A stretch of 64,000 bases of DNA from NCBI GenBank assembly GCA_950097015.1, contig CATNEN010000005.1:1426001-1490000 (forward strand), read 5' to 3'. Source of the DNA: Macrostomum hystrix (lineage: Eukaryota > Animalia > Platyhelminthes). The notes beneath the pieces were generated by a model. It did no database searches, was not told the DNA's origin, and saw nothing but the letters and a program-made list of their open reading frames with translations. The translations under genes were made by a program, and so were the position numbers. This document shows, piece by piece, positions 26,401 to 37,463 of this stretch; within the stretch, counting starts at the first letter, position 1; each line of letters begins with the position of its first letter.

Positions 26401-26669
26401 CCAGTTTGGCCAGAGGCCCTGGATGGGTCATCCAGCGCTGTTGCCCATTCTGTCCGGCTGCCCTAGGGTCAGCCTTGAACACTCGCGGGACGTGTACCCA
26501 TGGGTCAGCTGACGGGACAGCGTGGAGGGATCCCTGCACCCGGAGGTACAGGGCTCCTTCCTGCCAGGCCTGCTCAAAAAACGACTGCAGGTGTGAGGCA
26601 TCGCAGACCTTAGCCCGTAGGCCTGGTCTGACTCATACCACACAGGCATTGTGTCCCGCCGGTGCGAGC

Positions 26670-27853
26670 ATATTTGAGCCACACAAAAGGCGATTGTGAC
26701 GACAGAATAATCCAAAGAAACCCGTGACATCATGTCTCTGCTCACGGCTTAATGGTTCATGAGCACCGGCCTTCCAATTAGGACAATTCTGTTCCTCTGC
26801 TCGATTTTTTGGCACATCCGCATTAATGTCTACATAGACAAGCGGCGTAGGTAATGGACGACCATCTGATGGTATTTCCAGTTGTGTACGCCCCCTGGCT
26901 TTAAAGCGCTGCCAACCAAATAGAGCATCTGCACAGACAACAGTTTTGCGCACAGCGTGATTATCTGGACAGAGAAGACAATTATTTGGCCATTTTGCTG
27001 AGGCCATTTGCAGGTGGCGAAACCGCAGCAAAACATCATGTCGTTGAATGCGTTGATAAGTGCTTTTTACAAGAGCCAAATTATATATACCTTGTCCCAG
27101 AGTTGGCCCAATGAGCAGTGTACTGACCGCTCTGTGAACAGGCAACTGCCCAGTCATACACAAACTGTCTAGCAGGGACAAAAAGGTAAAAGAAAAGAAT
27201 GCATACCCATCTGAATCAGGCTTTGACCCTTCGCAACAAGGGAAGAACCCTTGAGAAAGGAGTGCACCAATAAGATCACAGGAGTCGCAGGTAATAAAAA
27301 TGACCTTTACGCTTCCAGCCAGATCTATAAGGTCAACTTTTGTAGCCGCACAGACATTCAGATTCAATTTACTAGAAGCGCAGCAAAACATTTCAAAAGC
27401 ATCGTGAGTAGCATCCAGTTCCTGAAACATTAGACTCTCCTTATTCCATATGAGAAACTTGTGGGCTGAAAACTTTTTATGCGTCTCATTCTTACAGCTG
27501 GCACATAAGCTAAGTCGACAAGTAACACATCGATATACACCTTCGTGCTCATAGCAAGAGGAACACAGATTTAAGAGAAAATGCTTCTCGTAACTACCTC
27601 TGTATTTCTCAGCAAAGCTGTCAAAATCTACCCATTCAACATCTTCTACTGTAGGAGCAAAAGACTCAGGCATACCGACATCATTCTCGGTGCTAGCTTC
27701 CACTGGAACAGGAGTAGTTTCAGACACAGGACGCCGAGATGTTGAGCCTCGATTTCGGCCGCTAATGATTGTCTTAATCTTTCTGGGTCGCCCACGACAG
27801 CCAGTTTGCAGTGTAGCTTTGACAACACGCTTCAGTTCGATGCCGCGATACAT
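26670..27853 (-). pseudogene. KDZ transposase, N-terminal part: AT-hook-like RGRPRK, Cys/His-rich zinc-binding regions and the start of the catalytic core
   Basis: CSSC..RCVTC..LCASC...H..H; CDSC...LLSQGFFP..AFFSF; VVCADALF; CPNWKA; HDVTGFFGLFCRHNRLLCGSN up to the TSD. The acceptor tttctcatttccag lies just before the ATG. Confidence 0.85.
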
Positions 27854-28456
27854 TGTCTGGAAATGAGAAAGTAATTTATAATCATGGCTTTACAGTTAAT
27901 ATTGTAGACAGACAACTGTTTTCTATTTAATACTATAAAGTTTTATATATTCTATAATGAAATCATAGCACTTATATTCAACATATATTCCCACAAGTAT
28001 TGTGGCCATGTAACTACAGTGTGTGGAGATTGCTGACCTGCACTTGGGCGTCATTTCTATACACTTGCTTGAATATAAAGAATTGAACATTTACTTAAAA
28101 ATTTGCACACAAATCCCTTTTTCTCACTCTCACAAATTAACACATTACTGCCACCCATGGACTCCATGGAATGTGACAAAGATTGGCAGACTTGGGGTGG
28201 CAGTTTGCTCAGCTTTGCCAGGGCCAGACTGTCATGCTGCAGTGTCCAGCTGCAGCTATTCTGCCTAGATGATCAACCTGTCTGATACTGATACCAGCAT
28301 GGACTTCTCTAATCCTCCAATGGATTGCCACTAATCTCAGTCGAATACCCTCTCAAGTGATTGATTTAAAGATTTCAATTTCACTATTTACGATATAAAT
28401 ATTGATCTTAAGTTCAAGGTCCACTGGAAAGAAGCCTTCATGTGCAAAGAGTATGC

Positions 28457-28890
28457 GGCAATGTTCTACTTCCGTTTGTTATATTATTTTTTCATTTGCA
28501 AATGACAGATAACGACAAAAACAAGTTTAACGGTAACAATAAGTCTGTAGTTTGATCAGACAGTTCTGAAAAGTCTTGGTCAGTCTTTCTTCTTTCAAAC
28601 CGGGTAAGTGCCTAATCCAGTAGAGGAGGGCACCGAAGCTATTCTTGGGGTATAGACAGCGCCATAAGAATTCTTTGAGGTGGCTTTCGAATAGAGCAGC
28701 ATTCGTGCCATGCATTTGACGCAGCTTGGCCTTCACAAAATCTTCAGCTGCAGAATTTCTGTGCCTAAGCTTCCTGTTCCCCCATATTTGCCAGATTTTG
28801 CCATAGACATAGATCCAAGTGTCAAGTCACGGCAAAGCCATGTCAATTCAAACGAAAAAATAATATAACGAACGGAAGTAAAACATTGCC
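28457..28890 (-). mobile_element. Merlin/IS1595-like non-autonomous deletion derivative (434 bp)
   Basis: 42-bp TIRs beginning ggcaatgtt(c/t)tacttccgtt with 3 mismatches; 8-bp TSD GAGTATGC at 28449-28456 and 28891-28898; internal KAKLRQMHGT...SHLKEFLWR...F..LL..I resembles the Merlin transposase C-terminus. Confidence 0.85.
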
Positions 28891-30866
28891 GAGTATGCAT
28901 TAGTTTTTTTGAGATCTTGCCCTATTAACTATTTACTTTATTTACTATTTACCAAAGCCTACTTGACTCAATGTTAAAGTTACTTATATTGGTGGTGCAT
29001 GTCACTTATTACATTGTTTATAATTTCTTTCTGGCACACAGAGCCACCTTTTTGACTCTGGAAGTAGGCTAGGAGGCTAGGTCTAAAGACCAAATGAAAT
29101 TAGTGACTGTTGCTTCATAAAAAGTTGCAGAGCTTGGTACACTGTTAAGCAAGAAATGCAAAGAAACTAGCAGCAGAACTTAATAAATAAAAGTGAATAT
29201 TATAGTCGGACAACTGTTTCTAATTTAATACACACTGGCACAACCTCTAACAAAATTTTGGATTAACCCATCTTCAATGTTAACTAAATATGAGTAAATG
29301 CTTATAGGCACTAGCTATAGTACTGGTTTACTGCCGAGTTAACTAGTTTCTAACCTGCCAAAGATAGTCAGATAATATTTCCTATTCAATACTAGCTATC
29401 TAGAGTGTTATATTACATCATATTAACCATGTAATTTTGCCATATAGCGACATATGTTATTTTCCAACTGACATTGTTTAGACATTTATCGAGTTTTTAA
29501 TTACCTTGTGCAAATGACTCTGATTTGTCCAAAACTAAGTGAAGAGTGAAGTAAACAATACAAATATTTTTCTTTTTAACCTTAATTACGATTTACGAAG
29601 AACGAAATTAGCTACCAAAGTGGCAATAATCTAGAAAAAGTAACAGTAATGTGGAATGATTGCAATTGGTACAATCTTGTACTTTTTTGTCCCGATTTAC
29701 CTGTCTTTCACTTTCAGTTGAATTCAAAGAGAAAATTAAATTACTAAATTAATTAAAATTCAGTTCAAAATTAAAATTTGAAAAAGCTAAAAACAACATG
29801 GCGGACAACTCCGACGAACATGCATCTGAAATTATTTAAACCGCGCCAAAAAAATCTGCAGAGCCTTCTTTATGTATATGTCTAAGAACATAATTATTTG
29901 TTTTTTCAAAGCAGTATTACGTAGCCTATACCTTTATTACGATTTTGTTTTTTTAAACTCAAACGCTACGAGTACGTTACGGTTTACATACGTAAGTTGC
30001 GGGTAATATCGAGCCGATCTTCAAGAAAGGAAAATAATGTGTTTCGTAGCTAATTATTTGGAATACCTTGGTTTTTCGAGAATTATTAAATTAAGACCTA
30101 ATATACCAGAAAGTCTTACGGTTTCCCTACTTTGTAGCAGAACACGAAAGCTCAGACACTTTTATTAAAAATATATAATATTTGTAGATGAATTAACTAA
30201 ATCGATGTTTCAGTAGGTTGAACTCGTGCGATTATACTGCTTTTGCAACAGAATGCAATGACTTTGCATCAATTAGATTTATAAATTGGTCGATTATTTA
30301 TCATGTTGATTTCTGTCGAAAAGGTTAAATGTTCCGGAAACTTTATGTAACTCTAAACAAAGTAAAACATTTAGATACTGGTGTGAGGCATTGCACTTCG
30401 TACCCTACAAAATTTAAACGCTGTTTTGCCGTTTTTATGCAGTATGTGTTTAAAAAAAATCTTTTAGCGAACTATTTTCGCTTCAACCTTTCTTTTAAGT
30501 TACTTTTATGCTTTAAAAATAATGATTTTTGCCTTGCTGGTCTTTATTTAAAACTTTATGGATTACATGCAATGACAAAAATAAGTAGAATGTTTGGTGC
30601 AACGATAAATCGATGACTTTCGTTACGGGTGCTAATAATTTTGACTTTTGCTGAGTTTGTAATAAATTTGTAATATTGACGTTCACCCTTTTGGTTTTTG
30701 AAGCTTTGCAGATAAAATTTGGGGACCTGCTGGACCCGTCGTTAGATAATGGAGCGATTCGCTAGCTCGCGATATATTTGCTTGCGTTGCTAATATTGCG
30801 TTGCGAATTTGATCGCTACGATGGCCATTGCTTAAAATAAGAAAGCACAAGCTGCAGCCTGCAGCC

Positions 30867-31508
30867 AAAAAAGTATTCGAACGAAAGAATATATACTAAT
30901 AAATAGTAATTCTTCGTTGTAAATGGGCAATGTCATGTGGTGAAACTGGTAGCACGTCAGCCTGATAACTGCGGGTCGTTGGTTCGACTCATTTTTTATT
31001 TAAATTAATGATTATATGTTTTGCAGAACAACAAGAACATCATATAAGCCTACTCATTTCTTAATCTGGCTGAGTAAGAAAAAAAGCGGTTTTACGCTGA
31101 TTTACATAAATATCAGCACTATACAGTACACTCGAAGCACCAAAGGAATCACATACAGTAGGATAGCCTATATGTTTTGAAAAACTCTGAAAAAGTATTC
31201 GAACGAAAGAATATACTTATAAATAGTAATTCTTCGTTGTAAACTGGCAATGTCCAGTGGTTTAACTGGTAGCACGTCAGCCTGACAACTGCGGGTCGTT
31301 GGTTCGACTCATTTTTTATTTAAATTAATGATTATATGTTTTGCAGAACAACAAGAACATCATATAAGCCTACTCATTTCTTAATCCGGCTGAGTAAGAA
31401 AAAAAGCGGTTTTACGCTGATTTACATCAATATCAGCACTATACAGTACACTCGAAGCACCAAAGGAATCACATACAGTAGGATAGCCTATATGTTTTGA
31501 AAAACTCT
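30867..31508 (+). repeat. Tandem duplication of a ~320-bp unit, each copy containing a truncated tRNA-like A-box/B-box cassette
   Basis: aagtattcgaacg starts at 30871 and 31193. Each copy has gtggt(ga/tt)aactggtagcac...ggttcgactc followed by a T-run. Confidence 0.85.
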
Positions 31509-31509
31509 T

Positions 31510-31785
31510 AAATTAAGAAAACTCTTAAAGAATTTATTTTTCCAAACATATCGGCAGCATCCGAACCCCACAGAATTGCCGCACAGAACTGCTTTATTCC
31601 ACGCCAGCCAGATTTATTATTACCCGACGAAATGTCGGTACTCATCTGCAGCTGAGTAGACTGTGTGCACATCAGGGCAAAGCAGCTTGCCAAGGGCTGC
31701 ACGAATAGTTCTAGACTAGGTCGGGAGTCGAACCCAGGACCATCTGATCCAGAGTCCGACACCTTACTGACTGAGCTATCCGCCC
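31510..31785 (-). mobile_element. tRNA-derived SINE, near full length
   Basis: Minus-strand head gggcggatagctcagtcagtaagg...ggactctggatc...gggttcgactccc (A and B boxes), a body cccttggcaagctgctttgccc...ctcagctgcagatgagtacc, and an AT-rich tail. Confidence 0.8.
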
Positions 31786-31874
31786 TCATGGGCAACCTCT
31801 CCCCCTCCTCCTCCCCCCCGTCACCTTCCTATCCCATATCCGAGGCCCACACCAGGAGCGCACCCTGGGCCCAT

Positions 31875-31983
31875 GGGCTGGGCTCATGAGCTGCGATCGG
31901 CTAGCCCAGCTCACCTCACCATGAGGGCACCCTGGCTAGGCGCACGATAAACGCATGAGCTGAGGCCGGCTAGCCCGCGGCCA
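31875..31983 (-). repeat. Palindrome-rich element with two CATGAGCTG-N4-CGGCTAGCCC motifs; inverted partner of 6466-6570
   Basis: Motifs start at 31885 and 31954 (spacing 69). The reverse-complement motifs at 6485 and 6555 have spacing 70. Confidence 0.6.
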
Positions 31984-32159
31984 TAGACTGAGCTCTTATG
32001 GCTCAGGAGGCTAGTTGGGGAGGCGTGGCCTACTGGAATCGTATGTACATTATACAGCGGGGTTTAGAGACAGACATTTAATTGGTCGACAGAGGCCTCA
32101 CATGACGCCTACTTTCTATCCTCCTCCCCCGCCTCGACTCTTCAACCCTCTCCCCCCGT

Positions 32160-32175
32160 GTTTATTTATAGCAGC
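32160..32175 (+). promoter_or_regulatory. Candidate TATA-like element for the metallothionein
   Basis: tttatttatagcag lies about 140 bp upstream of the ATG. AATAAA follows the stop at about 32541 and 32808. Confidence 0.35.
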
Positions 32176-32308
32176 ACGTCTTGTGACTTGTCTGAAGCTT
32201 GCCCTTAGTTTGTTCCCGCCTTAAATAACAAGTCTAACAGCCAGCCACATAGCGCTATTGCTCAGACTTCTCAGTAAGCTAGCTAACAAAAGCATCAGTA
32301 GATTAATC

Positions 32309-32533
32309 ATGGACAGCAAATCGTGCCAGGCGAACTGCAAATGCGGCGCCGACTGTACCCCTGGAGGCGACTGCTGCAAAAAGAACGGCTGCGGCTGCGG
32401 CAGTGGCTCGGCTCCCGGCGGCGGCTGCTGCGGCGGAGGTGTTGCCAAAGTCGACAAGTCATGCAAATGCGGCACCGGTTGCACACCAGGCGGCGACTGC
32501 TGCAAGAAGAACGGCTGCCACTGCGGCGAGTAG
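32309..32533 (+). CDS. Metallothionein, 74 aa, 17 Cys, intronless, internally duplicated
   Basis: MDSKSCQANCKCGADCTPGGDCCKKNGCGCG...CCGGG...SCKCGTGCTPGGDCCKKNGCHCGE. It has CxC and CC motifs, is Gly/Lys-rich and has no aromatic residues. ATG at 32309. Confidence 0.85.
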   Translation: MDSKSCQANCKCGADCTPGGDCCKKNGCGCGSGSAPGGGCCGGGVAKVDKSCKCGTGCTPGGDCCKKNGCHCGE

Positions 32534-33648
32534 AATGTCGAATAAATGATGGCGCTTCATATCTTCTCTTTGTGGAAGAGAGCAAGAAAAACTGCGAATT
32601 GTGTTGTCCCTGTGACTATCATGTTAAGAGCTAGAACATCATTAATGTTGTATTGTTGTTTACCCGAATTTCGATAAAAAGTAGAATTACAATCACAGCG
32701 ATTGAAATAATAATTTATATTGTTTTCTTTGTTTAGTTTTGTTTTGTTTAGAAATCGGTGTCAACTTCATACCATTTTCGTGACTGAGTGTTGTGTTCGA
32801 CTTGATTAATAAATCATTATTGACAACTATTATTTACACACAACAGCGTGTGTTCCTGTTATTTTATTTCTTTTAATTTGGGTTTTCTCGAAAGCAAATG
32901 TCCGCTTATTGTACTACTAGGAGAAGTCTGAAGGAAAGTAGTATATTCTTTTTTATCTAAGTAATTTACAAGTTCAATCACACTGACCTGACATTCTGAC
33001 AACAGATTTTTAGGGAAGTTTAATAACTCACAAAATAATTCACAATCATCGTAGTAAAAGTTGACGGTTTAAATTTTAGGTTTAAACCAAAGCTGAACAT
33101 ATATTACAACAGAGTAAGTGATGATGTATGCAAAACACTTAAATATATGCATAAAATATTATGTTTATTAAGTGTTTCAAAACAAGAACACATATTTTTA
33201 AGGAAGAAAAATGCAAATAGATCGCATAGGAAGTTAACAACAAAAGGAGCAACTGCTGAACAGAAAGAATACTTGCTTTGAAAAGAGGTCATATTTTTTA
33301 ATTCCAGCAGACTCTAAGATGGTAACTAGAAGATAGGAGTCAATGTATGGAAAGCACATTATAATGTAACAAAAAACGAAATTCTCATGCTTTCCCAGTC
33401 TTGTCACTCTATAAAGATTCTATTGATTGTAAATACTTACAATCCCGATATTTTCATACCATATGAGACCATTTTTGTCAATCGTCGAGATCCAATTATT
33501 GTTAATCCCTGAGATCTCATTATTGAATGTTAGTTTTTTAGAAACCGTTGTTATGTATGATGCAAAATTTCATTCAGTCAGTCATTGAGTTTTAATCAAA
33601 TAAACATTCCTAAAAAATTTAGGCTATTGGATGATCGATCAAAATCAA

Positions 33649-36307
33649 TCAGCGATTTAAGCTGGCAGGGTCGACGCTAGAATCGTCCTTTTCAGTCTGG
33701 TGCAGACAGTAGCAGAACGCTCTAAGATGCGGCAGCTTATCACCCAAACAAGCAGCTTGTTGTCTGTAAGCATTCACCCTGCTGACACTGTTTATGTCCA
33801 TGCGCAATCGGTGACTGACTGTATCCTCCTGAACCGTAACCTCGTAGTGACCTTTATTTGGCAGGGTCTCCAAGGTTAGTCGGTACAGTTTGTAATTGGC
33901 TGACATTGTGTCGGAGAAGTCCGGCCTGCGACCGTCAGCGTCTTCGCTGGCCTAGATGAAGAGAATATAGCTGATTCGGTTAAGGTACACACGAAATCTA
34001 AATTTAAATGTAGTTTTCAAATCAATTTAATTTTTCACATCTACTTACCTGTCAGGCTAAATAAAAACTAACAACTTTCACTCAATACAAACAGACTATA
34101 CACTGTCTGTGACTCCAACCTGATAGTCTATATTCACATTGAGTCACTCTAACCTGAGAGTCTATATTCACATTGAGTCACTCCAACCTGACAGTCTATA
34201 CTCACATTTAGTCACTCTAACCTGAGAGTCTATATTCACATTGTCTATATTCACATTGAGTCACTCTAACCTGAGAGTCTATACTCGCATTGAGTCACTC
34301 TAACCTGAGAGTCTATATTCACATTTAGTCACTCCAACCTGACAGTCTATACTCACATTTAGTCACTCTAACCTGAGAGTCTATACTCACATTGAGTCAC
34401 TCTAACCTGAGAGTCTATATTCACATTTAGTCACTCTAACCTGAGAGTCTATATTCACATTGGCTCACTCCAACATGACTAAAATCATGTACTACAATCT
34501 GGCAGTCTTCTACTTTATTTCTATACGTATACATGTGCTAGTATTTTCCCCTATAAGAGATAGTATTGGGCGTGAGCCGTACCTTAAAGGCAAGAATCTT
34601 CGCCGACGGCGCGTAGCCGTCAACAGCCAAGAGCTTAGAGAAGGTCAACTCGGCGCACTGATTGCGGTGCTTCTCTATGTGCGCATTAAACTGCGACACC
34701 ACAAAATAGCCGATGGCCTTAACATTGGTGCCCAAAGGACTGAGCGACTGCCAAGCCAGGCAAGCGCACCAATGTGCTTCGATGCCGATCTGGGCACAGT
34801 TACGCTTCTCTGAGATCGGCCCAAACAAGCTGACGCCAAGCGAAGAATCTTGGGGACGACCAGTTTTATCATGCAGCTGCCGCTGCTGCTGAGGCTGCTC
34901 AACGAAGAATTCCGAAATCTGGCGAATTGTTGCGTGAAGATCCAGCGGCGTTATGAGACGGTTTCGATTCTTCAGTAGCTGCTTGGTTTCAATGGGATAG
35001 GCGTCTTTCAGCCGTTTCGGTAAGACTAGGCCCAGAAATGGCAAGCGCTCCTCGTATTTACCATGCAGAGTAGACCTGGTGCTGGCGTAGCGATGTCCGT
35101 GATCGGACATCAGGATCAGAACAGAATTGTCCAAGTGTCGTGAGTTCTTCAGATAGCGCAGGTAAGTCAGTAGGTCAGCATCCATCGGGCTTAAGTAATA
35201 GTTGTCTTCGTGGCTAAGCTCGGAGTGAAAGACAAAGGTGAACTTCTTGCGATGCCGGTAAACGTCCAAGAAGTCCTTCTGCCAGTCGATTTTCACCTGG
35301 TGCAGAGGCTTAGAGCCGAGGCAGCCGAACTTGCGATGCGGATACAGTTCGTCAAGCTTTAAATAGAATGGTCGCATGTAGTGATCAGTTGGTTGCCGCT
35401 TGAAGCCCAACAGTCTGTACTGGAAGGTGCCATATTTCGAGCCGTCCTCGCCAAACTGTGTTGTGTAATTCTTGGCCGCCAGTTCGCGCCAGATCCAAGG
35501 ATAGTCGTCAACCGTCTTGGAATTGTTGAAGCCACGCCGTGATTCGTACAGGTTCCGTTCCAGGTGGCCAGTCAACAGGGGTAGCAGATTGTGCGTGGTA
35601 CCATCACCCAAAATGTTGTACTTTTCAAATACTACGCCCCCTAGGTCGTTGATGAAATATCCATATGATTTCGGTAAGTAGCGCTTCCAGGCTTCGCGGG
35701 ACACGGAGTCCAAACCGAAGATAATTATGTTCAACGGCTTCTGCTGCTTGCTTGGCGTAGTCTCTTTAGGGGGCTTCTGTGCAATGCCTGCGTGCAAAAG
35801 TTGATACTGCTTGGATCTTTGCTCACTGGCACAGTTAGCCACAAAGAAGTCGTTGCTCAACTTCCTGCTGGAAGCGATGTCGTCAACCGCTTCGCCATAG
35901 TAAACGGAGAAATCGTCGTCTCGAAGTACTGGCACAATGGCGCACTTGACATCGGGATAAGCGCTGCGCGTGGCGTCTGTAATCCTAAACATTCCGCCCT
36001 CGGAGGTCACCCAGTTAGGTTCGGCAGAGGTACAGTTCAGGGTGTACCGTGGCTTTGCTGAGGTAGCTAACTGCGGTTGCAGTGGAGGCAAAATGCACAG
36101 ACTCTCTGTGTCCTCTTTAGCACTGGATAGCACAAGATCCTGCTTAATCTGCAGCGGATGAAAGCGCTTCCTGATGAGGTTTGGTTGACGAAGAAGCTCC
36201 AAGAAGACGTACACGATCGGCACGCAGACTATGACAGTCCACATGAGCCGGTAGTGCGATTTACCTAGCCTTAGGCAGTACATGATGCGGCGTGTTACAC
36301 GGACCAT
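33649..36307 (-). CDS. DUF229-family alkaline-phosphatase-superfamily type II membrane protein; 2 exons (36307-34583, 33951-33649), about 675 aa
   Basis: N-terminal TM segment; IIIFGLDSVSR, YNILGDGT, FGYRLLGF-like FQYRLLGFKRQPTDHYMRPF, MSDHG, YEERLP, CAQIGIEAHWCAC; phase-0 intron AAG|gtacgg...ctag|GCC; the last exon ends LRAFCYC. Confidence 0.9.
34105..34475. repeat. Intronic 34-bp minisatellite (gagtcactctaacctgagagtctatattcacatt)n, about 10 copies
   Basis: Direct reading; lies inside the DUF229 intron. Confidence 0.9.
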
Positions 36308-37463
36308 TCTAGCGCAGTGGAGTAGCAGCTTTTATATAACTTATCTATTCTTCTCTGTTCACGTCGAAAATGGGGTTTCGCGGGCACAGAAATACTTTCA
36401 AGAAAATTTTTTTCGCGAGGAGTGAGGCGGAAAAAGACGACCTTGAAAATAGTGCTATGCCGCCAAGTGGTTTAAGGCTCGCAAGTGTTACAGAGTTAAG
36501 CTATGCCACTGCTGCCACAGCACTGACATAGACGTTTGGAAGTAGAATTGCATTGGCTTCATTTTTATCTGGCTGTACACTAAATCATTTTCTCTCTCTC
36601 TATGTGGCAGCGGGGGGTAATGTAAGGACAGAGGGAGACGCATCGTATGTACATTTGCTGGAATGTACATTAAGAAATGTCCTAGACAGAGGGAAGTGTG
36701 TGTAGAGCGGGGGGGCTACGCCTAAGCTTTTCTGCTCCTCCTGATAAAACTCTATGTGCGGCGCAACCACCCCTCGCCTCGGTCTAACCGCCTTCAATTG
36801 CTGTCTCATTCCACAGTCCAGACGAATCAGACATATTCCAAACCAACGTACATTCCCGTCTGTTAAAAATACAATTTTCGCATTCTTTAACGAATTTAAC
36901 TCGGCATCCATCATAGATAATTTTCAACAATGCTTTTTAACAGCAGCTAAAAGGAGCATAGCCAATTATCCTAGTTTGATTTTTTTGATTGATGCTGCTG
37001 AAGTAGTGAAGCTTCCCAGACACCATATCTTGCACTAATTATATTTATGTCTTGCACTATTTAATTTAAAAAAGAAACTTTATTTCTCAAATGACTGAGT
37101 GGAGAGTAAAGACTTCCGTTCTGAGAACATTCGTTCTTGTAATTCATCGAGGCCTTTGTTCTTGCAGCAGCAGCACTTATTATTACAGCTTACAAAGAAA
37201 GCAAAGATATCACTACAGATTTTATCTTTGTAGTGATTTTACGGTGGAGAAAAATGGCCAAAGAAAATCTGTTTATTTTCCATTTTTGTAAAATAAAAAC
37301 GAGCTTGTTTTCGCTCCAAGATAAACAATGCCTAACAGCGCATCAGTCAATAAAGTTATTTGTTTGTTAACTTATTCATTTGATTTGTCAACTTGGCTGG
37401 CACATATAGAATAATAAGCAGCATGGAAGAAATATTTTCTTAAATTGTCGGCCGGTCATCAAA

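Larger units (their letters stand above)
20292..26669 (-). mobile_element. Full-length (6378 bp) LOA-like non-LTR retrotransposon, apparently intact
   Basis: Perfect 13-bp TSD ATATTTGAGCCAC at 20279-20291 and 26670-26682; two long ORFs; 3' stem-loop gcatc-cggaa-gatgc followed by the tail ctaagtcaagtaagtcaag. Confidence 0.93.

Noticed and set aside
26633-26669. C-terminal LAPAGHNACVV and stop as the true end of the 406-aa protein
   Set aside because: This is read-through into the LINE 5' end beyond the TSD; the real frame continues at 20278.
29795-29804. AACATGGCGG, a YY1-consensus match, as a promoter or transposon-end marker
   Set aside because: It is a single motif with no matching partner end or assignable transcript, so it is too weak to annotate.
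31715-31785. Functional tRNA-Gln(CTG)
   Set aside because: The acceptor stem does not pair, and the sequence continues into a SINE body and AT-rich tail.
32258-32308. ORF-track N-terminal extension of the metallothionein (MLRLLSKL...)
   Set aside because: It relies on a TTG start. The ATG at 32309 gives a typical MT start (MDSKSC).
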